Of a DNA stretch of 64,000 bases, positions 56,681 through 64,000 are shown piece by piece. Positions within the stretch are counted from its first letter, which is position 1. Every line of letters starts with the position of its first letter. Source of the stretch: a virus; IMG/VR virus record IMGVR_UViG_3300006923_000018, positions 12,281-76,280 of that record; one strand, 5' to 3'. Both the position numbers and the translations under genes were made by a program. The notes under the pieces were generated by a model. It searched no databases and was not told the DNA's origin. It saw only the letters and a program-made list of their open reading frames with translations.

Positions 56681-57217
56681 ATGTCGTTCGGAGAAAGCAT
56701 TATGAGTGGACTTAAAAGCATTACATATCTGGATCTTTTAGGTATTCTTAACAGTCTTACCAAAGAGCAATTATCGGTTACGGTTACGGTATCTACTGGA
56801 GGAGATCAGTTTATTCCGGTAAATTGTGTAGACATTACAACGGAGGATGATGTCTTAGACGCCAATCATCCCGTACTTGTGATTAATCGTGTACGTGAGG
56901 AATTGCCGGTCTTAGGGCAGCTTAATTATGGCTCATCTGGCATTGGAAAATCTTCTGGTCCTATTGTTCCTGTAAAAAGTAAACCAATCACACCGAGTGA
57001 TTTTTTGCGAATAAACGGCGGCTATCCAGACGATTTTACTGATGAAGATAGAACGTCAGAAAACATCTATTGGAAAGATGCAATCAAGTCTCAGCACCCC
57101 ATTACAAGAAAGGCAGAGGGCTCATTCTGGATGTGTGGTGGAAAAGTCGTCTTCTGGCATGGTCAGGAATCTGATGAGGCTAATCGAATTCTCTTAAAGC
57201 TTGAGAAGACTCCTTGA
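56681..57217 (+). CDS. Hypothetical protein
   Basis: 178 aa ORF. Confidence 0.55.
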   Translation: MSFGESIMSGLKSITYLDLLGILNSLTKEQLSVTVTVSTGGDQFIPVNCVDITTEDDVLDANHPVLVINRVREELPVLGQLNYGSSGIGKSSGPIVPVKSKPITPSDFLRINGGYPDDFTDEDRTSENIYWKDAIKSQHPITRKAEGSFWMCGGKVVFWHGQESDEANRILLKLEKTP

Positions 57218-57287
57218 TCAACTAAATCTAGCGGCTTCTAGCCGTAATCAATTCACAACAACACAACAACACAACACAGGATACCTC

Positions 57288-57707
57288 ATGTCCACAATCG
57301 AATATCATACAGCGCAGCAATCCCTTGCCCGATTTCTTTCGGGTTTAACTCACCACGCTAACCCCGACACCGTATCAGAGATGCTACCAATCGTGAATCA
57401 ATATCTGCCGTGCGGTAGTGGGTTTGACAATGGTACATCTTTTGATGTTGAGAAGAGCAGCCCTAATAAGCTAATCTTCAATACCTCTTTTCATCACATG
57501 TCCGAACATGGTTATTATACTCGATGGACTGATCACAAGGTCACAGTTACCCCATCGTTTTGGGGCTTCAATGTAAAGGTTAGCGGGGTAAATTATAATC
57601 AGATCAAGGACTACATTGCAGAATGTTTTGATTATTGTTTATCTCAGTTAACGGGTAATAATCTTATCAAGCAATACGTTGAGATCTCTCGCGCGAACTG
57701 CGCATAA
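57288..57707 (+). CDS. Hypothetical phage protein
   Basis: LP.GSGFD.G...FHHM.EHGYY..WT.H.V.VTPSF; CAA leader. Confidence 0.7.
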   Translation: MSTIEYHTAQQSLARFLSGLTHHANPDTVSEMLPIVNQYLPCGSGFDNGTSFDVEKSSPNKLIFNTSFHHMSEHGYYTRWTDHKVTVTPSFWGFNVKVSGVNYNQIKDYIAECFDYCLSQLTGNNLIKQYVEISRANCA

Positions 57708-57759
57708 ATCAACACAGCAACAACAACACAACAACATCATTAACAACAGGGAGTCTGCC

Positions 57760-57873
57760 ATGTTCAGTGCAGCTAATGGAGTAGCTGAGTTTCAATTTAT
57801 TGTACTCATGCTTGTCATCCTATTTATTATTATCGGGTTTCAAAACCCTTCATCAGAAAAGGAGCTATCATGA
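57760..57873 (+). CDS. Small membrane peptide
   Basis: CAA leader + GGGAG; FIVLMLVILFIIIGF. Confidence 0.5.
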   Translation: MFSAANGVAEFQFIVLMLVILFIIIGFQNPSSEKELS

Positions 57874-58358
57874 GTTTGGTACTAAGTAACATAAGTAATA
57901 TCTGCGTTGGAAGTCAAACGGACTACGCTAATGGTCGTCTTATTTTCAAGTGGTTCTCATTAGATGAGCTAGATGACGCTAAGAAATTTGCATCTAAATT
58001 TGATGAAGCTTATCTGGCTGATATTGAAGGTCCAATTGCAGCAATCCAACAATACCTTGGAGAGCATCTTATGTGGGACGTGATCGAAAAGGTTGGGGGA
58101 CTTTTGGAGGAGCACGGAGATCTGCTTGTAGCACTTCTTTCAGTCAAGTCTCTAAATGACATCGACTTAGACGACATCGAAGAGAATGGTGTTGATGCAA
58201 TCTCTTACGAAAACGCTGAGAAGTATGGTGAAGAGATAGTTGGTGATCGAATCCCCGGTGATCTTGATTGGTACTTTGACTTTAAGGCTTACGGTGAGGC
58301 GGCCTTAGCTGACGAGTCTCATACAACACATGAAGGGCGCCTGTACGTCTTTTACTAA
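57870..58358 (+). CDS. ardA: ArdA-like anti-restriction DNA mimic
   Basis: ICVG...DY.NGRL..KWF.L N-terminus, very acidic, L.WYFDFKAYG C-terminus. Confidence 0.78.
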   Translation: MSLVLSNISNICVGSQTDYANGRLIFKWFSLDELDDAKKFASKFDEAYLADIEGPIAAIQQYLGEHLMWDVIEKVGGLLEEHGDLLVALLSVKSLNDIDLDDIEENGVDAISYENAEKYGEEIVGDRIPGDLDWYFDFKAYGEAALADESHTTHEGRLYVFY

Positions 58359-58390
58359 TCATAACAGTCACGAGGGAAGCAGTAAGACTC

Positions 58391-58846
58391 ATGAACTCAT
58401 CAATGAGATATAATCTATTGTCGGGTGTCGCTTACAGATACCCGATAACTAGCAGAGCACTAATAATGAACCGCCGCATATTGACCGCTCTGAGGGATAT
58501 AGACCAGCTAGGCAATCTCACCCACTGGGAGCCTCTGAAACGGCTCACAGTGGATCTATTTGCCCAGAAAGCGTGCCCAAGCGAGGCGCTATCCTGTCTT
58601 AATGAGTGGCTTGAGCGCTGGTGGCTGATGCATCCTGCAATCCGTCAGTTCTACGTTGATGAGTTGAATGAGTTTCCAGACAGCAGACTAATCCAAAATT
58701 CTCTGGATTGGTTACTTTTAACAGACAAAACAGATATGAAGTTAAAGTCAAAGTTGGCTTTGAAACTTAATAAAAGATGGAAGAGACGCTATCGAAATGA
58801 AGTGACTTTGGACTTGTTGCCGGAGGGAGATAGCGGTATAATGTAA
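58391..58846 (+). CDS. Hypothetical protein
   Basis: ORF; start uncertain. Confidence 0.5.
   Translation: MNSSMRYNLLSGVAYRYPITSRALIMNRRILTALRDIDQLGNLTHWEPLKRLTVDLFAQKACPSEALSCLNEWLERWWLMHPAIRQFYVDELNEFPDSRLIQNSLDWLLLTDKTDMKLKSKLALKLNKRWKRRYRNEVTLDLLPEGDSGIM
58814..58842 (+). promoter_or_regulatory. Sigma70-like promoter before sigma-like gene
   Basis: TTGTTG-N17-TATAAT. Confidence 0.5.
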
Positions 58847-58874
58847 CCACACATCGTTAACAGGAAGTGTAATC

Positions 58875-59345
58875 ATGACAGAATGGGAAGTGATAATCCG
58901 GTATATGCCGCTTATCCATAAGCTAGCTAGAAAGTATGCTCTCGTGCATTTAGACTTTGCCGAAGAGTTGATCGTAGACCTCGCAGAAAATCTAAACAAA
59001 TATGATGAATCTAGAGCAGGGATTGCTACATTTATCTATTGGAGATCTCGCGGTGTTCGTCGTAATTTATTATATCCGCCTAACCGAGTTTTCTTATCGG
59101 ATGAGGTGATTGAGGTAGAGGATACGAGTTCGGTATCTATAATTGAGAATAAAGCTGTATGTGCTCAGGTGTTAGCTGAGTGCAATGATATTGAGAGAGA
59201 AGCCATGTTGTCGATGATGGCTGATTTTGATGAGCGTCAGCTATTTGAAGTGCTGAACACAAATCGTAAGACTAGAAACAAGAGGATCGAGCGGTTCAGG
59301 ACTCGGTACAGAAGAGGGAAGGAGATCAGTAATGGGTCAAAATAA
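58875..59345 (+). CDS. Sigma-70-family (region 2 + degenerate region 4) factor-like protein
   Basis: IIRYMPLIHKLARKY...KYDESRAGIATFIYW. Confidence 0.7.
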   Translation: MTEWEVIIRYMPLIHKLARKYALVHLDFAEELIVDLAENLNKYDESRAGIATFIYWRSRGVRRNLLYPPNRVFLSDEVIEVEDTSSVSIIENKAVCAQVLAECNDIEREAMLSMMADFDERQLFEVLNTNRKTRNKRIERFRTRYRRGKEISNGSK

Positions 59346-59604
59346 TTTAGATGAAATTACTTTAGATGAGAGTGCGGTTCATTATACTTGGATTTGCATG
59401 ATGGATGGTGCAGTGAAGAGTATCATCCCTGGTCGAGATGGTTGGGAGAGCAAGCGAAAGATCCGATCTTATGTAAGCAAGGAGCACCAATCAATCGTGC
59501 AGTGGCTTGCAGGGTTCTATAAGGTCAGCCTCACACGTATCCGTCGAATTGTAGGCGGGTGCAAGTCTCATCAAGACGAAGCGTCGGCCCGGTGGGTGAG
59601 CTAA
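59332..59604 (+). CDS. Hypothetical protein
   Basis: AAGGAG SD; coupled ORF. Confidence 0.5.
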   Translation: MGQNNLDEITLDESAVHYTWICMMDGAVKSIIPGRDGWESKRKIRSYVSKEHQSIVQWLAGFYKVSLTRIRRIVGGCKSHQDEASARWVS

Positions 59605-59937
59605 TGAGTCCTAAAGAAATAATACTATTAAGTCTTAGTCCGCACATCTGTACTGATTATTCATGTGGCCAGGACCGACGCCCGTCCAATCATATTGGTT
59701 GCATGGAGTTATCTTCAGACGTATTCATTGAGGCGACACAGGCAACATCAAAGCGGGAAAATGGTGAGCCCATGGCACCGGATTGACAATATCATTGGGT
59801 GACTTGGGCTAAGTCATGGGGCATGAGTGAATGGAGATTTGAGGATTTATGCTATCGGTATGATACGCAAGAGGCTTCAGACGATAGTACAGATGATGAA
59901 TCAATACAGATAACGCTAATTAAATTCCTGGGGGAGA

Positions 59938-60270
59938 GTGATGAGTAATTCTAGTTATGTTGAGTTAGTAGGTGCGGCGCCTACTCCTGTTTTTACAATT
60001 CCTAAGAATTGTTTACCTCGAAATTCTATTTTTAATAAATTGCGCAGTGAGTGGAAGAAAGCAGCGCCGGGTAGACGCAGCAAAGATCTGGCTGATTTAT
60101 TGGATGTCAAGCAGCAGGCGATTAGTCAATGGTGTACGGGAAGTGATAATCGTGAGCCACCTTGGTGGGCTATTATGCGCTTATGTCATGAGACAGATCA
60201 TTACCTTGAGATTTTTCCTCACTGTGTACGCATTCAAAAGATCAAGAAAGATGATGGTGTTGTCCGATGA
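59938..60270 (+). CDS. XRE/Cro-type HTH protein
   Basis: SKDLADLLDVKQQAISQW.TG...EPP. Confidence 0.75.
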   Translation: MMSNSSYVELVGAAPTPVFTIPKNCLPRNSIFNKLRSEWKKAAPGRRSKDLADLLDVKQQAISQWCTGSDNREPPWWAIMRLCHETDHYLEIFPHCVRIQKIKKDDGVVR

Positions 60271-60617
60271 CTGAGCATCAATGGGTATCAAGGTCATCTA
60301 AATGTTGTTACGAGGCGATCAAGTCTGATGCTGACACTAATGCTACTTACATGCAGTTTGCATCTAAGGCATATGCTAAGTTTTTGCATTGTTCTGATTT
60401 CAGTCGTCGCCAGTATGCCCAGCGTCATTTAGCTGATAAGCTGAAGGTTTTTATTATTCGTTCTACAGTTGAGTCATCGTCATTCGAGCAGTTCGACAAT
60501 GTTGCTCAGAAGCTCATTCTTTCTTTACTCGAAGAGGTTAATTGGTATGAGGTCTCTGGTAAGATGTTGGTCGACTATGAGAGATCTCAAAACATATCGG
60601 TTAATCGAATCCTGTAA
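60267..60617 (+). CDS. Hypothetical protein
   Basis: Coupled ORF. Confidence 0.55.
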   Translation: MTEHQWVSRSSKCCYEAIKSDADTNATYMQFASKAYAKFLHCSDFSRRQYAQRHLADKLKVFIIRSTVESSSFEQFDNVAQKLILSLLEEVNWYEVSGKMLVDYERSQNISVNRIL

Positions 60618-60738
60618 TAAGTATTGGATTCGGTTATGCTTTCTGGTTTAGGGTATCTCATGTTGTTGTCTCAAGAGCCTAACAGGCTAGGAATAAAATC
60701 GCCTAACTGTAACAGTCCCCAGATCTCCGAGGTGTAGT

Positions 60739-61203
60739 GTGGCAGATCGGCGCTGTGGCGGTTGTGACGCATGCTGTGAGGCTTTACCGATCGATGCGGT
60801 GATGAGTGCTAGATATGAGCGCTGCGTCTATCAGAGGCGGCATTATAGGTGCTGCTCGATATATTCAGAGCGCCCTAAGTTCTGTAGGCAGTTCCAGTGC
60901 TCATGGTTACGAGGCGACTTTGCTATAAGGGATAGGCCGGACAAGATCGGCTGCGTTGTGACTAGAGATCACGGCCCAGCTGTTGGTGTATTTTCTTCAT
61001 TCAGGGAGATTTACGACAGGAGTTTTGATCAGTCTCGCGTAACGAAGTTAATTCATAAGTGTAGGTCACGTAATTTAAATGTGGTTGTTGTCTATCGGAG
61101 TGGTGAGCGTAAGGCGTATGGTTCAGAGGAGTTCTTGGAGAGTCTAAGGGGATTGGTAGACAAGTCTACATTTGTGGCAGATTCTTATCCGAAGCATTTG
61201 TAA
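60739..61203 (+). CDS. YkgJ-like Cys-cluster protein
   Basis: CGGCDACC...C...CSIYSERPKFCRQFQC.W. Confidence 0.75.
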   Translation: MADRRCGGCDACCEALPIDAVMSARYERCVYQRRHYRCCSIYSERPKFCRQFQCSWLRGDFAIRDRPDKIGCVVTRDHGPAVGVFSSFREIYDRSFDQSRVTKLIHKCRSRNLNVVVVYRSGERKAYGSEEFLESLRGLVDKSTFVADSYPKHL

Positions 61204-61445
61204 TGGCGAAGAAGAAGGAAAAATCTAAGCGTCGATTTATTTATGTAGTGGAGTATAAAACGTCTCAGTACAGTGGTGAGATCGAGATATTTGAGGATGA
61301 GGGTGCTGCTGAGTCACGGGTTATAAATAAGGCAATCAAGTTTGTGATGGCTCCTAATCGTTCTTGTGATGACGAGTGGAGGATCATAGATTCATATCCT
61401 TTAACTAAGGGAAGGGGCAGTAAGAATGAATCCGGTGCTGACTAA
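61203..61445 (+). CDS. Hypothetical protein
   Basis: Coupled ORF. Confidence 0.5.
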   Translation: MAKKKEKSKRRFIYVVEYKTSQYSGEIEIFEDEGAAESRVINKAIKFVMAPNRSCDDEWRIIDSYPLTKGRGSKNESGAD

Positions 61446-61950
61446 TGCGTATATTGTATTTAATTCTAATGAGAATGGTGGGGGTATATTTTATGATTGG
61501 GATAAGTTTGAGGAGTGGGCGTTAGGTTTAATGGGAGCCCTTGACGCGCATTCAGTTCTTGGTACTCGTTTTATGGAGTATCAGTGTCCGCCCCTCATAA
61601 CTACGTTGATGTCAGCTACTCAGTTGCTTTCTAGTTACCATGTTGATCATGCAGCCACATTGAATACATTGAGGGATCGATTTGCTGAGGCTGTTTCTCT
61701 ATCGACTATTGATTGTGGTGTACGTACTAAGCATGGAAAGAGTAAGCGCTGGAGAACTTCAACGCCTGCGAGCATCTATTTGACGGCGCTTTATGAGTCA
61801 TGGGGAACGAATGCGTTTAGTCGTGCATTTGAGTTATGCGCTCAGAGTCTTCATCATTTTGAGGCCCCTAAGAAAACCTCTAGAGACTATGTTGAGCTAG
61901 CGGTTGGTTTGCTTTTAGCGCGAGACTTTGAGCGTTTTCTGTCACAATAA
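61426..61950 (+). CDS. Hypothetical protein
   Basis: 174 aa ORF. Confidence 0.55.
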   Translation: MNPVLTNAYIVFNSNENGGGIFYDWDKFEEWALGLMGALDAHSVLGTRFMEYQCPPLITTLMSATQLLSSYHVDHAATLNTLRDRFAEAVSLSTIDCGVRTKHGKSKRWRTSTPASIYLTALYESWGTNAFSRAFELCAQSLHHFEAPKKTSRDYVELAVGLLLARDFERFLSQ

Positions 61951-61968
61951 TAAGTAGAGGAGATACTT

Positions 61969-62169
61969 ATGAGAAAGAGACGTCCGCTTGATGATGGTAT
62001 TTATGCGCTGCTGAATAGGATTATTAAGTCTAGCAGGGGATCTGTTGAGAGGCAGCAGCTACCTGTTCCGAGTTCTAATCATTTATTAGAGACGCCTAAG
62101 ACTCAGCCGTCTTCCGCATCTAATTGTAATGTAGATTTAGATATAACCTCCGACTTCTTAATTAAATAG
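61969..62169 (+). CDS. Hypothetical protein
   Basis: GAGGAG SD. Confidence 0.5.
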   Translation: MRKRRPLDDGIYALLNRIIKSSRGSVERQQLPVPSSNHLLETPKTQPSSASNCNVDLDITSDFLIK

Positions 62170-62210
62170 ACGGTTTCTCACGGTTATTGAACAAACTATA
62201 TTAAAAAAGT

Positions 62211-62292
62211 CCCCCCTAGTTTTGTTTTTTTCGGCGTTCGAATTGAAAAACCAGAGAAAATCCTAGATGGATATATATATATATGTATCCAT
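62211..62292. repeat. Dispersed non-coding element, copy B
   Basis: Matches 47105-47147; followed by near-palindrome ATGGATA(TA)nTGTATCCAT. Confidence 0.7.
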
Positions 62293-62889
62293 TTATGTAT
62301 TAGATATATTGGTTTGAATTCATCTGGCGTGTTGAGATCTGCACTTGGTCTTATTTCTCATCTAAAATAGAGTGTTTTGCGTTTTACGGCCCCTATACTT
62401 TCACGGTGTCGATAACGCCGCTCAAAGCGTCAATATGGCCATATAATCCATTCGAATACTATTCATCAATGCGACGGTTAAAGCTGAAGAATACTCTGGT
62501 TGTTGTGATGATGATTTATTTGAGTCATAACTGAACTATAATAAGCATGGTTTGCTGGTAATTGTCAGGCAATTACGGGTAGAGATTCCATCATATGCTT
62601 AATGTGGTGTGCTCGCTTTGATTGACGCTGAGCCTTCTGTCGCAATTTGTGATTGTCTTGCTGAGTATCTAGTAGCGATAGTGCTGGTGAGATCTCCATA
62701 AATTCAGCTATCACTAAAGGCGAGTCCATATAGTTTTATCTTAATTACAGACAGCCTGGGCAGAGCCGTGGGCCTTATCTAGTAGCGGCTGTGCTATCTT
62801 GCTTAGAATCCTCGCACAGTGCTAGCGGGGATTTGATTAAGATCTGATGGTAGTAATAGTAAGCGCTATAGCGCTAATATTATTTTATA

Positions 62890-62945
62890 GGAAGAAGCCA
62901 TCCCGCGCCCTCAAAAAACGTGGAAGAAGCCATCCCGCGCCCTCA
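62890..62945 (+). repeat. 24-bp direct repeat x2
   Basis: GGAAGAAGCCATCCCGCGCCCTCA at 62890 and 62922. Confidence 0.9.
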
Positions 62946-63236
62946 CGCTCACAGGGAAAGGGCGATCTGGTCCAAGCAAAAAATAATCATGTCGAATAAA
63001 ATACGATCTTCCTATAAGGATCTCACCCGGATAAGGCGATTCTCTGATATTCGGCGTTCGATCGTTAATCGGCTTAGAAACTAGCATCTCGACTGATCCT
63101 GAATTATCGGCGTTTGCCCGTGATTTGCAATCTGTGTTGCAGACCTCAGATCCACGTCTGAAACGTCTGATCCATTGACGGCGAAATCTGTAATCTAGGT
63201 GATCAGATCTATCGGAAATTGAACTCAGATCTATCC

Positions 63237-63432
63237 TAATCCTTAATCCTTAATCCTTAATCGTTAATCATTAATCGTTAATCATTAATCATTAATCCTT
63301 AATCATTAATCCTTAATCGTTAATCATTAATCGTTAATCGTTAATCGTTAATCGTTAATCATTAATCCTTAATCGTTAATCATTAATCGTTAATCGTTAA
63401 TCGTTAATCGTTAATCATTAATCGTTAATCAT
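63237..63432 (+). repeat. Tandem heptamer array TAATC(C/G/A)T x28
   Basis: Counted directly; only position 6 varies. Confidence 0.95.
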
Positions 63433-63851
63433 CTATCTGAGAGAATTTATCTCAGCTACCACGGATTGTATAGGAATCTCAGACCGGATTGATCGAGATC
63501 TGAGCCAGATCATGTAATGTGCCAAGTAATCGAGGTTCTAACGTTACTATTCAGATGTCCCCCTGACTATCCCCTTAGAACGCCGAATATGGCTGAAAAA
63601 ACGTCGTTTGCTCCGATCAGCTGATTCAAGTATCCGAGATCCGTTACCAACTTGTCAAGTAAATGTAAAGCTAGATAAGTCTGGGTTCCAAGGGTATAAC
63701 TGGTGAGCGTTCCTAGTTGACTGATTGCTGATATTGACGGTTTACACGTTATATCTATATACGCGAGATCACGAGATAACCGGATTCGTGTATATTGTGG
63801 ATGGTCAATGCAGTTTCGCATTGATCACAACACAACAAACGGAGGTCAGTC

Positions 63852-64000
63852 ATGACCAAGAAAGCAATCAAGAAAGCAAACACGAACACCTCAGCCAAGT
63901 CGTCTGAGGCGCCCGCACCTGTCTCAGAGGAGAAGGTGAGCGCGTGGACTGAGGTGCATACATCATACATGGCTAGCGTTTCCCGAGATCGTTTCAAGGA
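63852..64000 (+). CDS. Partial ORF (MTKKAIKKANTN...), truncated by the window end
   Basis: CACAACACAACAAACGGAGG leader, same style as the early genes. Confidence 0.6.
   Translation, partial: MTKKAIKKANTNTSAKSSEAPAPVSEEKVSAWTEVHTSYMASVSRDRFK

Larger units (their letters stand above)
1..64000. mobile_element. Tailed dsDNA bacteriophage genome segment (Caudoviricetes, siphovirus-like)
   Basis: Terminase, portal, protease, capsid, tail tube, tape measure, replication and lysis genes in phage-like order; no host housekeeping genes. Confidence 0.97.

Noticed and set aside
50036-57760. Integron attC cassette array
   Set aside because: No integrase in the window and no RYYYAAC/GTTRRRY boxes; G.U covariation points to RNA hairpins
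60739-61203. FliB flagellin lysine methylase as part of the flagellin-mimic system
   Set aside because: Only the generic CxxCxxCC cluster is shared; the protein is short and far from the virion genes
63237-63432. CRISPR array
   Set aside because: 7-bp tandem units with no spacers; no cas operon
63567-63997. ORFs 63567-63821(-), 63725-63907(+), 63755-63997(-)
   Set aside because: No SD or motifs; the SD-led frame starting at 63852 is more plausible
1-64000. Alternative genetic code or stop-codon reassignment
   Set aside because: Long genes are intact in code 11 and all three stops are used; no suppressor tRNA

Overview
The window is 64 kb of a tailed dsDNA phage genome (siphovirus-like: long tape measure, no tail sheath). 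Nearly all genes are on the + strand, and no integrase, CRISPR array or rRNA is visible. Gene order: two small minus-strand genes; MT-A70 adenine methyltransferase; GpA-type large terminase; portal fused to a MuF-type domain; prohead protease/scaffold; major capsid; neck genes; tail tube; frameshifted tail chaperones; tape measure; two large tail-tip proteins; a displaced small-terminase-like gene; a replication/recombination block (SF2 helicase, tRNA-Asn, Cas4-like nuclease, Sak4-like ATPase, SSB-like protein, RuvC-like resolvase, primase-helicase, two ParB-like paralogs); a second fibre/decoration block; endolysin and holin; an early/accessory block (MoxR AAA+ with vWA, ArdA, sigma-like factor, many small genes); and a ~1.6 kb non-coding region with a heptamer array. 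The most notable signal is about five copies of a flagellin outer-domain-like (Flagellin-IN-like) module inserted into both tail-tip proteins. The same virion operon carries a triple glycosyltransferase-TPR protein resembling flagellin glycosyltransferases, plus degenerate TylF-like and SGNH-like genes, suggesting a glycosylated, flagellin-mimicking virion surface. Other signals are a miniature, probably inactive ABC-ATPase resembling defence-system ATPases, repeated hairpin/CAA-leader cassettes between early genes, a two-copy non-coding element bracketing the lysis-early block, and local GATC enrichment. All family calls are from motif recognition by eye; no searches were run.
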